Source of the DNA: an uncultured Thermoplasmata archaeon
GTDB lineage: Archaea; Thermoplasmatota; Thermoplasmata; UBA10834
Direction of reading: 5' to 3'
Assembly (NCBI GenBank): GCA_964644565.1
Contig: CAZXWO010000003.1
Coordinates: 4,613-68,612 of the forward strand
DNA length: 64,000 nt
In this document: piece after piece, positions 16,996 to 25,391 of the stretch
Position numbering within the stretch: position 1 is the stretch's first letter
How the letters are laid out: every line of letters starts with the position of its first letter
Translations under genes and position numbers: made by a program
The notes under the pieces: model-generated
Told to the model about the DNA's origin: nothing
The model's input: the letters and a program-made list of their open reading frames with translations, nothing else
The model's database searches: none

Positions 16996-19900
16996 TCAGG
17001 GCCCGTAGACGCACCCCTTCACGAGCCACAGGTCGACCGTGTCGCCCGTGTCCTTGAGGAGAAAGCCCGAGACGTACTCCCTCGGCACCCTCTCCAGGTA
17101 CACGCCGAAGTCGACGCGCCACTGCCCCCAGTCCTTGCCGACCAGTCTGCCGAGGCACGGTATGTTCGGCCCGATGGTGGCGACGCACGTGAGTCTCTGC
17201 TCGAGTTCGCTGGTTACTCCCAGGGCAGCGACCATCCTCGGCGTACCTATCTCCCAAAGGACGTCGAAACGCACGTAGAGGCCAGCGAAGAACTCGGTGG
17301 GGAAGGCGGGGTACGCGACGGGGTTGCCCGCCCTGCCTATGTTGACGATGAAGGTCGCGACGGAGTGGATCAGCCACCTGAGCAGGTCCACGATCGCCTC
17401 CCCCGTCACCGCGAAGGAGGCCCGGACCCCGATGCCCGCCGCCCCGGCGGCGTCCCCGAACACGACCTTCACGTACAGGGTGACCTCGTGTACGACGTCC
17501 TTCACGATGGATATCAGGTTCTCGATGAAGTGGTGGAGCACCCGCTTGGCGAGGAGGACCACGAAGTCCAGCGAGGCTGTCACCTCCGAGAGCCTCGTCT
17601 CGTCGAAGGCCTCCTTGAAGGCGGTGAAGAGCGCCTGCGCGATGAAGTCCGAGGTCGCCAGGAGAACGGGCGCGCCGTTCGACAGGCCCTTCGTGCCCTC
17701 CTTGAGGGACCAGCGCGGCCCGCCGTCCCAGGTCCTCTGGTGCGTCCTCCCGTCGTTCTCGTCGTCGCACAGGGTGGGCGTGACGTCCACCGTCTTGCCC
17801 GAGGCGTCCACGAGCACCAGCGAGTCGCCGTCGTTGAGCGGGTCCCCCGGGTAGCCGTTGTCGATGGCCGTCTCGGGGAATGTGAACACGAGCCTGCCGT
17901 TCGGGGGGAGGGTCCCGTAGACCTGCATCTCGTGGCCCTCGCCGTGCATGGTCCTCAGCGTCCACCCGTCCACGCACCTGGTCTCGTCCAGGGGGTTGTA
18001 CAGCTCGACCCATTCCGCGCCCGAGTCGTCCCCCTTCGGGTTCGCCTCGAACTCGTTCACGACGATGTCCGTCGGGAACGGCGGCGAGTACTTGAGCCTC
18101 AGGCCGGCCTCGACCGACGCGCTGAGGCCGAGCATCGGGATGGGTATGTTGGAGAGTAGCGCGCCTGCCCCCGGCAGGTCCGCCGTGCTCACCTCGGCGG
18201 TCTCGTAGGGCTCGGCCTCCGGCATCACCATGTCCAGCGCCCAGCTCTCGGTCCTGCCGTGGACCTCGACCAGCCTGCGCAGCACGGTCATGAGGGGGTC
18301 GACGACCACCTCCACCGACCCCGAGTCGAACGTGAGGGTCCCGTTCACCACCACGTCGAACCTGCCGTCGGAGATCTTGGCGATCCTGAACCCGAACGCT
18401 ATGCCGGGGCCGAACCTGTCCGTGCAGACTATGATGCGGACGAGGTCCTGGGACTTCTTGAAGAGGAGGTCCGGGAGGTTGGTCCTGACGATGAGGGTGA
18501 GGCCGTACATCGACATGCGCAGCTCGACGTTCCCCACGAGGTCGACGAACACCCCCACGGCCTTGCCGAGGACCGAGTCCGCGAACTTGTGCAGGTACTC
18601 CTGGAGGGTCTCGACCATCGCCTGGACGCACCTCGCGATGACCTTCATCACCTTCGTCGTGAAGCTGGCCAACGTCCTGAACGCGTCCTGGACGAAATGG
18701 TAGATCGCCTCGAGGCCGTCCTTGACCCAGCCCAGGGCCGGCTCCAGCTTGTCCCAGAGGTAGTCGCAGAACTTGGCGGCGACGTCCAGGGCGTCTGAGA
18801 AGACCGTGTTGGTCGGGTTGTATTCCACGCCCTCCAGGGGCCACGCGGAGTGGACGACCACCGGGACGCAGACCGACACCAGGACCGGTGTCTCGACGAC
18901 CGGCTCAGGTTCCATTGACGAGACCAGGTATGAGTCGCTGGAGCTCGTCCTCACCTGCACCAGCGCCCTGACGGAGACCTGCCACTGCGTCGCGTACGGG
19001 GCCGCCGAGGCCTCCGCGAGGGAGGTGAGGTGGAGGTTGGGGTACGCGCCCGCGGACCGGTCGTGGTCCCAGGGCCGCTTGACCTGGACGAGGACCTCGT
19101 CCGAGGGGAACATGGATGCCAGCGAGGCGTAGCCTGAGTCGGGGGCGTACGGCACGACGGTCAGGGGCGGGAGGCCACCCGGGACCTCCACGGACAGGGT
19201 GGTGTCGAGGACCGACCCCGACGACTGGGCGGCGTCCAGGTCACCGTCCCAGAACCCGAAGGTGCCGCCGAGGTCGACGTACGCGGACTGCTTGTAGGAC
19301 GACATGCGCTTCTGGGCGAGGGCGGCCTTCGCGAACGCGCCAAGCGCCTGCTCCGCCACCTGCGGGAGCCCGGGGAATGCCGCCGACCCGGTGACCAGCG
19401 CGGCCGCGACCGAGTCGACCATGGGGCCGGCGAACCGGTCGTCGGTCTCGTTCACCGACGCGGTGACTGCCCTGGACAACCCCTGCAGAGCGCACCCGAA
19501 TATGAATCCGAACAGCCCGGACGCCTGAGCGCCGACGCCCCACTCGGAGCTGTCCTCGAGGTCGTTCCTGACGATCTCCCCGAGCTGCTGCTCGATGGGC
19601 ACCCCGAGGTCGGGTATGTACGGGAACTTGGCGCTGGTCATCACGTCATCCGCCACGCCGTCGTACATGGAGTCGAGGAGGGCCTCCGGGACCATCTCGC
19701 CGCCGCGCGACGCGACGAACGACGCGAACGCCTCCGCGAGCCCGTACTGTGCGCTGAACAGCGGGAGCGTGGCGCCGGACGAGAGCACGGCCTCGGGGGA
19801 GAATGACACCTGCACCTCGCCGGCCCGCTCCGACATGGCCGTGAAGAGGTCCACCCCGTCCGCTGGGTCGAAGGCCATGCCCGAGAGCTCGATGGTGCAG

Positions 19901-21429
19901 GTCGACGCGATGTCGAAAGCGACCCGCTTGAGGCTGTCGTATACCAGGTCCGTCAGGGAGCTCTGTCGTTCCTTGAAGTCTGGGTAGAAGTCCTCCCACG
20001 GTCCGTGGGACAGGAGGTCGTGGGCGGGGACGTCGACGGACACCAGCACGCCTCCCACCCAGACGGGGTAGAGCTCGCCGGCGGCGTTCTCCACGAAGTA
20101 CTGTCTCTCCGGGACCAGGACGTTGAAGTCCGGGTCGACCCCGAACACGGTGGTGTGCGATTCTGGGATTGCGCTCGACAGCTCGAGCGTCCTCCTTATC
20201 CATGTCAGGACGGACTCCAGGGACTCGTCCTCGCCCGTGAGGTACTCGACGAAGGAGTCGACCGCCTCCCCCACGGCCTCAATGGCCTGGTCGGCAAGGT
20301 CGAGCGCGCCGAGCCAGCCCATGTAGTCCATCATCCTGATGACCAACTGGTCCGCCATGCCTGAGACCGCCTGTGCCACGAGCATCCTCGGGTCGAGCGC
20401 GGGCTCCGTCTTGCCGAGGAACCAAAGGAACAGCTCCGCGGGGTCCAGGTACCTCCCGTGCGAGCCCTCCAGCGCGGCGAGGCCGAGAGTCCCGCCCCCG
20501 CAGACGGAGGCGACCTCGCGGGCGAACGACTCGTCCACGTCCCTGAAGAGCCTCGCCTGCTCGATCAGGAGGGAGACGGCGACGGCCCTGTACGCGTCCT
20601 CCTCGGTGAGGATGGAGGGTGTGTCCAGGCCGGTGTAGGTCGGGATCCCGTACCCCTCTATCGCCCTCAGCTGGGCCAGGGTCGTCAGCATGTAGCCTAC
20701 GAGCCTGCCCATGTCCGAGAACTCGCCTTCCGAGGCCGCCTCGAAGGCCCTCAGCCGGGCCTCCAGGAACGGAAGCGCCGATATGATCGGCCTGTCGAAC
20801 GAGAGGTCCTTGGAGAGGGACGCGGTCTCCGACAGCGCGACGACGGAGAAGCTGCCCAAGGCAACGAAGTATGGGTTCGCGGTGGTCACTGCGAGTTCGT
20901 CCGTCGTCGGCGCCGGTGGCCGCTCGTACTCCATCTCGGTCCCGTCCAGCACCACGCTGTCCGCTTCGGGTTCCTCCGGGGACACGATGTCCATCGTCTG
21001 CTTCTCGACGAAGAACAGGGACCCGGACCAGTTGGACACATCGAGGGAGTAGCCGCCCAGGGCCCGGGGGAACGTGCCGTCCAAGTAGGCCTGCACCGAG
21101 GAGGAGTACCGCATGGACAACTTCGTCTCGTTGACCGGGTACTCATCCCATCGGGACACGAGGCCGTTGGCCTCCGCGGCCCCGAGCAGGCTCAGCTCCA
21201 GCCTGACCTCCTCGATCGAGGACTCCATGCACGACAGCAGCCTGTCGCGCCTGGCGTCCTCCGCCTTGTCGATCTCCTTCTTGGTGAAGTACGCCCCCGA
21301 CGCGGTGGCGAGCAGCAGCACCGCCACTGCCACCACCGAGAAGGACACTTGGGCCCTGTCGTCGGACGCGAGCCGCTTGAGCGGGCCCGCTCCCATGCTC
21401 CCAGTTAACAGCGCTCCGGACACAGCCAT
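16996..21429 (-). CDS. orphan 1,477-aa surface protein with prepilin-like N-terminus and lamin-tail domain
   Basis: A single uninterrupted ORF with realistic composition. The alternative-frame and antisense ORFs across the same region are R/G/P/H-rich. See the sub-features at 21295..21369 and 17695..18069. Confidence 0.85.
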   Translation of the reverse strand: MAVSGALLTGSMGAGPLKRLASDDRAQVSFSVVAVAVLLLATASGAYFTKKEIDKAEDARRDRLLSCMESSIEEVRLELSLLGAAEANGLVSRWDEYPVNETKLSMRYSSSVQAYLDGTFPRALGGYSLDVSNWSGSLFFVEKQTMDIVSPEEPEADSVVLDGTEMEYERPPAPTTDELAVTTANPYFVALGSFSVVALSETASLSKDLSFDRPIISALPFLEARLRAFEAASEGEFSDMGRLVGYMLTTLAQLRAIEGYGIPTYTGLDTPSILTEEDAYRAVAVSLLIEQARLFRDVDESFAREVASVCGGGTLGLAALEGSHGRYLDPAELFLWFLGKTEPALDPRMLVAQAVSGMADQLVIRMMDYMGWLGALDLADQAIEAVGEAVDSFVEYLTGEDESLESVLTWIRRTLELSSAIPESHTTVFGVDPDFNVLVPERQYFVENAAGELYPVWVGGVLVSVDVPAHDLLSHGPWEDFYPDFKERQSSLTDLVYDSLKRVAFDIASTCTIELSGMAFDPADGVDLFTAMSERAGEVQVSFSPEAVLSSGATLPLFSAQYGLAEAFASFVASRGGEMVPEALLDSMYDGVADDVMTSAKFPYIPDLGVPIEQQLGEIVRNDLEDSSEWGVGAQASGLFGFIFGCALQGLSRAVTASVNETDDRFAGPMVDSVAAALVTGSAAFPGLPQVAEQALGAFAKAALAQKRMSSYKQSAYVDLGGTFGFWDGDLDAAQSSGSVLDTTLSVEVPGGLPPLTVVPYAPDSGYASLASMFPSDEVLVQVKRPWDHDRSAGAYPNLHLTSLAEASAAPYATQWQVSVRALVQVRTSSSDSYLVSSMEPEPVVETPVLVSVCVPVVVHSAWPLEGVEYNPTNTVFSDALDVAAKFCDYLWDKLEPALGWVKDGLEAIYHFVQDAFRTLASFTTKVMKVIARCVQAMVETLQEYLHKFADSVLGKAVGVFVDLVGNVELRMSMYGLTLIVRTNLPDLLFKKSQDLVRIIVCTDRFGPGIAFGFRIAKISDGRFDVVVNGTLTFDSGSVEVVVDPLMTVLRRLVEVHGRTESWALDMVMPEAEPYETAEVSTADLPGAGALLSNIPIPMLGLSASVEAGLRLKYSPPFPTDIVVNEFEANPKGDDSGAEWVELYNPLDETRCVDGWTLRTMHGEGHEMQVYGTLPPNGRLVFTFPETAIDNGYPGDPLNDGDSLVLVDASGKTVDVTPTLCDDENDGRTHQRTWDGGPRWSLKEGTKGLSNGAPVLLATSDFIAQALFTAFKEAFDETRLSEVTASLDFVVLLAKRVLHHFIENLISIVKDVVHEVTLYVKVVFGDAAGAAGIGVRASFAVTGEAIVDLLRWLIHSVATFIVNIGRAGNPVAYPAFPTEFFAGLYVRFDVLWEIGTPRMVAALGVTSELEQRLTCVATIGPNIPCLGRLVGKDWGQWRVDFGVYLERVPREYVSGFLLKDTGDTVDLWLVKGCVYGP
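17695..18069 (-). other. lamin-tail domain (LTD) within the giant protein (aa ~1121-1245)
   Basis: DIVVNEFEANPKGDDSGAEWVELYNPLDETRCVDGWTL...GDSLVLVDASGKTVD matches the LTD signature. Confidence 0.7.
21295..21369 (-). other. candidate class III (type IV prepilin-like) signal peptide of the giant protein (aa 21-45)
   Basis: The sequence is ASDDR-A-Q-VSFSVVAVAVLLLATASG: a charged residue, a small residue and Q, followed by about 20 hydrophobic residues. Confidence 0.45.
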
Positions 21430-21519
21430 CCTCGGGGTGCCGAGCGCGCCCGCATGAGTTGACGCTTACAGTTACATGCAGTCTACGTGGCCGTCCAGGC
21501 CTCCGCCCTATCGTTAAAT

Positions 21520-22815
21520 ATGCCAGATGGTATTCAAGTGCTCGGATGGGATGCGTTGGGCACTGACGAGACCCTCCTCCTGATATTCGTCGCGTTCCTC
21601 GCGGCCAAGGTGGGCGGCGAGATCATGGAGAGGATGAAGTTGCCTGCGGTAGTGGGCGAGCTCTTGGCAGGCGTAGCCCTCGGCCCGTCGATCCTCAACC
21701 TGATCACGGAGGACCAGACCTTCCTGGACGTGCTCGCCCAGCTCGGAGCGACCTTCCTCCTCTTCTCCGTCGGGATGGAGACTAAGCTCTCGGAGCTCAG
21801 GCGGGTGGGCCTCGTGGCGGCCTCCGTCGCCGTGCTCGGGGTGGTCACTCCGTTCATCCTCGGCTACTACGTCTCCGTCCTGCTCCTCATGTCGTCGGTC
21901 GAGGCGATGTTCGTGGGCGCCGCCCTCGTCGCGACGAGCGTCGGCATCACCGCGAGGGTCCTCCAGGACATGGGGATGATCAACACGACGGAGGCAAAGA
22001 TAATCCTCGGCGCGGCGGTCGTCGACGACATCTTGGCCATGATAGTCCTCACGATAGTCTCGGGCAGCGCCACCGGCAACCTGGACACGTTCCACATCGC
22101 GATCGTGATCGCGGAGGCCCTGTGCTTCGTCGCCATCGTCACGATACTGGGCACCAGGATGGTGAGGTACGCCTCCGGCAAGCGCGAGGTCCGGGGGGAC
22201 CGGATGGTGAACGGCACCTACGCCATCCACTACCGCACGAGGGCGTTCAGGAGGGACAGCTGGTTCGAACGGCTAGTCCAGAAGGAGGCACCCTTCGTGG
22301 TGGTCCTGATAGTCCTGTTCGGCCTCTCGGCCATGGCGTCTTACGTCGGCCTCGCCGCGATCATCGGGGCGTTCTTCGCGGGACTGATATTCTCCGACTC
22401 CAAGGAGACCTACGAGCTCGAGCACAAGTTCGAACCCCTGAACGTCCTCCTGGTCCCCTTCTTCTTCGTCGTCATGGGGGCGAAGGTCGGCTTCGCGGAC
22501 CTCTGGGAGGTCGTGCCCCTGGCGATCGTCCTGACGGTGGTCGCGATACTCAGCAAGCTCATCGGGTGCTCCCTGGGGGCCATCAGGCGCGGCGAGCGGA
22601 CGGCGCTGATAGTCGGCGCGGGCATGGTCCCGAGGGGGGAGGTCGGTATCGTCGTGGCCATGATCGGCCTGAACATGGGGACGATCGGCACCAACATCTA
22701 CTCGGTCATCGTCCTGGTGTCGATCGTGACGACCATCTACGCCCCGTTCCTGATCAAGACCGTGATAAAGGCCGAGTCGAAGAAGGCCAAGAGGGCCCAG
22801 GAGCCCTTCCGCTAG
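21520..22815 (+). CDS. cation:proton antiporter (CPA2), paralog B with an extra basic cytoplasmic loop
   Basis: GPSILN, LLFSVGME and AAVVDDILA align with paralog A. The start is ATG 21520 or the upstream GTG 21487. The stop shares the palindrome CTAG with the convergent trmB gene. Confidence 0.85.
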   Translation: MPDGIQVLGWDALGTDETLLLIFVAFLAAKVGGEIMERMKLPAVVGELLAGVALGPSILNLITEDQTFLDVLAQLGATFLLFSVGMETKLSELRRVGLVAASVAVLGVVTPFILGYYVSVLLLMSSVEAMFVGAALVATSVGITARVLQDMGMINTTEAKIILGAAVVDDILAMIVLTIVSGSATGNLDTFHIAIVIAEALCFVAIVTILGTRMVRYASGKREVRGDRMVNGTYAIHYRTRAFRRDSWFERLVQKEAPFVVVLIVLFGLSAMASYVGLAAIIGAFFAGLIFSDSKETYELEHKFEPLNVLLVPFFFVVMGAKVGFADLWEVVPLAIVLTVVAILSKLIGCSLGAIRRGERTALIVGAGMVPRGEVGIVVAMIGLNMGTIGTNIYSVIVLVSIVTTIYAPFLIKTVIKAESKKAKRAQEPFR

Positions 22816-23558
22816 GGCCTCTTCTCCGACATGATCCTGAGGAACTCGTCCAGGTGCGCCGCCAAGGTCTCGTTGTCGGTGTAGCCGCAGGCTGACAGGT
22901 CCGGCGCGGCCAGGAGGGCGGCCTTCCCGTCGCTCACCACGTCGGTCGCTATGAGCCCCTCCCTCCTGACCGCCTCGGTCCCCTTTGGGACCTTCACGAA
23001 GGGGCTGGTGATGACGATCATGCGCACCCCCCTGCTCGCCGCCGCGGCGAAGTGCTTCCCCAGGCGCCTCCTGAGGCCCGTCACGGAGGGGGAGGATATC
23101 ACGAACGTGTGCTCGGACCTGTCCAGCATCTCCCCGATCTTCTCGAACACCCGCTCCTTGCCCATTATCGTGTAGACCAGCTGGGGGACCCCCCTCTCGG
23201 ACAGGATGTTCTTGACCGATCCTATCCTCTCGAACGACTCGCGCACCTCGGTCACCACGCGCACGGATATGTCCGAGGGCTCGACCGGGGAGAACGAGCG
23301 GGGCCTGCCCGGCTTCGACTGCGCGAAGCCCTTGGATTCGAGGGACTTCATGACCTTGTAGGCAGATGTCCTCGGAATCTGTGCCACCTCAGCTACAAGA
23401 TTCGCCGTTCCTGAGCCGAGCGCCACGAGCGCGACGTACCCCCTCGCCTCGTAGTCGGATAGGCCGAGCCTGAGGAGCACCCTGGATATCTTCCCGTACT
23501 CCTGCAGCAGGTCCTCCGCGTCGAGGCCCATCTTCGATATCACCGACTTCAGGTCCAT
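22812..23558 (-). CDS. TrmB-family transcription regulator
   Basis: LGLSDYEARGYVALVALGSGTANLVAEVAQIPRTSAYKVMKSLESKGF is a TrmB N-terminal wHTH. The C-terminal domain is TrmB-like. Confidence 0.85.
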   Translation of the reverse strand: MDLKSVISKMGLDAEDLLQEYGKISRVLLRLGLSDYEARGYVALVALGSGTANLVAEVAQIPRTSAYKVMKSLESKGFAQSKPGRPRSFSPVEPSDISVRVVTEVRESFERIGSVKNILSERGVPQLVYTIMGKERVFEKIGEMLDRSEHTFVISSPSVTGLRRRLGKHFAAAASRGVRMIVITSPFVKVPKGTEAVRREGLIATDVVSDGKAALLAAPDLSACGYTDNETLAAHLDEFLRIMSEKRP

Positions 23559-23559
23559 T

Positions 23560-23590
23560 TGTAGCGTGATAAGCTACATAAGATTTAAAT
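23560..23590. promoter_or_regulatory. divergent promoter: perfect inverted repeat TGTAGC-n7-GCTACA next to a palindromic TATA-like ATTTAAAT
   Basis: TGTAGC is at 23560-23565, GCTACA at 23573-23578 and ATTTAAAT at 23583-23590. The trmB start is at 23558 and the tes ATG at 23630. Confidence 0.45.
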
Positions 23591-23629
23591 TATCGCCTGA
23601 GGAATTAACCTCAAGGGAGTGGGAGTCAC

Positions 23630-25183
23630 ATGCTCACCAAGGATTCTGCGCTGGCCGTAGGTCTCCCTAAGAAGACGGAGAGCCTCTGCCCTGAATGCCT
23701 GACCGTGATAGAAGCGACGATGCGCGAGGAGAACGGCAAGGTCGTGATCGAGAAGACCTGCCCGAAGCACGGGGACTTCAAGGACGTCGTGTGGTCGGAC
23801 GTCAAGACCTACCTGAGGGTCGAGAAGTGGGCCAAGGACGGCATCGGCGTCGAGTCGCCCGCCATACCGAAGGCGAAGCAGTGCCCGTTCGACTGCGGCC
23901 TCTGCGACCTCCACCTCAGCCACACCGCGCTCTCGAACGTCGACCTGACCAACAGGTGCAACCTCAAGTGCCCGATATGCTTCGCGAACGCGAACGCGGC
24001 AGGGTACGTCTACGAGCCGGACTTCGACACCGTCGTCGCTATGCTCAAGATGCTCAGGGACCAGAGGCCCGTCCCGTGCCCCGCGGTGCAGTTCTCCGGC
24101 GGGGAGCCGACGATCTACCCCCGGTTCTTCGACATCATAAAGGCGGCCAGGGACATGGGTTTCGCCCAGGTCCAGGCCGCGACGAACGGCATCGAGTTCG
24201 CGAAGAGCATCGACTTCTGCAGGAAGGCGAGCGAGGCCGGCCTGAACACGATCTACCTCCAGTTCGACGGGCTCCGCCCGGAGATATACGAGAGGGCCAG
24301 GGGCAAGAACCTGATGGACGTCAAGCAGAAGGTCGTCGACAACCACAGGCAGCTGGCCAACCACCCGTCGATAGTCCTGGTGCCCACGGTCGTCAAGGGC
24401 GTCAACGACGACCAGGTCTGGCCCATACTCGAGTACGCCATCAAGAACAACGACGTCGTGAGGGGTGTCAACTACCAGCCCGTGGCCTTCACCGGGAGGA
24501 TCACCACCGAGGAGCTGGAGAAGGGGAGGTACACCCTGACGGACCTGATACACGACATAGAGAGGCAGTCCGCGGGCAGGGTCCGGGCGACCGACTGGTA
24601 CCCCGTCCCGACCGTCGTCGCGGTGTCCGAGCTGGTCGGCGCCATCGCGGGCCGGAACATGGTCACCTTCACCAACCACGTGCACTGCGGGCTCGCCACC
24701 TACCTGTTCGTCAAGGACGTCGACAACATCGTGCCGGTGACGAGGTTCATCGAAGTCGACGACCTCTTCGCGGAGATGTACGAGCTCGCGAAGAAGAGCA
24801 GCGGGAAGAGAATCCAGGCGTTCACGAAGGTCAAGGCCTTCAACCTGTTGAAGAAGTACATGAAGAAGGACGAGGTCCCCGACGGCATGGACACGATGCA
24901 GTTCCTCAAGGTCCTCGGCAGGGTCTTCTCCGAGGACACCAAGAAGGGCCTGTCGAAGTTCAGCTGGAACATGATGTACATCGGCGCGATGCACTTCATG
25001 GACGCGTACAACTACGACATCGAGAGGGTGAAGAGGTGCAGCATCCACTACACCACCCCGGACATGAAGCTGATACCGTTCTGCGCCTACAACTCCGGAC
25101 CCGTGTACAGGACGGGCGTGGAGAAGAAGTTCTCCATACCGCTGGCGGAGTGGAGGAAGAGGCACGGGGACCAGTACACGTGA
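23630..25183 (+). CDS. tes: tetraether lipid synthase-like radical SAM enzyme (Tes / GDGT-MAS family)
   Basis: The radical SAM core CNLKCPIC is at 23957-23980. An additional CPFDCGLC cluster is at 23882-23905. The N-terminus has a CPEC...CPKH zinc-ribbon-like motif. Length is 517 aa, and the gene is followed by ferredoxin and GGR as in Methanosarcina. Confidence 0.8.
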   Translation: MLTKDSALAVGLPKKTESLCPECLTVIEATMREENGKVVIEKTCPKHGDFKDVVWSDVKTYLRVEKWAKDGIGVESPAIPKAKQCPFDCGLCDLHLSHTALSNVDLTNRCNLKCPICFANANAAGYVYEPDFDTVVAMLKMLRDQRPVPCPAVQFSGGEPTIYPRFFDIIKAARDMGFAQVQAATNGIEFAKSIDFCRKASEAGLNTIYLQFDGLRPEIYERARGKNLMDVKQKVVDNHRQLANHPSIVLVPTVVKGVNDDQVWPILEYAIKNNDVVRGVNYQPVAFTGRITTEELEKGRYTLTDLIHDIERQSAGRVRATDWYPVPTVVAVSELVGAIAGRNMVTFTNHVHCGLATYLFVKDVDNIVPVTRFIEVDDLFAEMYELAKKSSGKRIQAFTKVKAFNLLKKYMKKDEVPDGMDTMQFLKVLGRVFSEDTKKGLSKFSWNMMYIGAMHFMDAYNYDIERVKRCSIHYTTPDMKLIPFCAYNSGPVYRTGVEKKFSIPLAEWRKRHGDQYT

Positions 25184-25184
25184 G

Positions 25185-25391
25185 GTGTTCATATTGGACA
25201 AGGACAGGCTCGACGAGCTGGAAGTGGACATAGACAGGTGCATGCACTGCGGGGCTTGCGTAGGCTCGTGCCCGCGCAACGCGATCACGCTGAGGGAGGT
25301 CCTCATCGAGTTCAACGACGACTGCAACCTCTGCAAGAGGTGCATCAAGGCGTGCCCGGTCGGCGCGATAAGCCTCGTGGAGGATGACTGA
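25185..25391 (+). CDS. 2x[4Fe-4S] ferredoxin
   Basis: Contains two classic clusters, CMHCGACVGSCP and CNLCKRCIKACP. It starts 2 nt after the tes stop and overlaps the GGR start. Confidence 0.9.
   Translation: MFILDKDRLDELEVDIDRCMHCGACVGSCPRNAITLREVLIEFNDDCNLCKRCIKACPVGAISLVEDD

Noticed and set aside
16985-18844. 619-aa alternative-frame ORF inside the giant gene, and several 100-300-aa ORFs on both strands between 17 and 21.4 kb
   Set aside because: All are R/G/P/H-rich shadow frames. Only the 1,477-aa frame has protein-like composition, an N-terminal hydrophobic helix and an LTD motif.
23585-25348. 587-aa minus-strand ORF overlapping the Tes-like gene
   Set aside because: It is antisense to a gene with clear radical SAM motifs, has low-complexity R/G/P/L/V/H composition, and no recognisable motifs.
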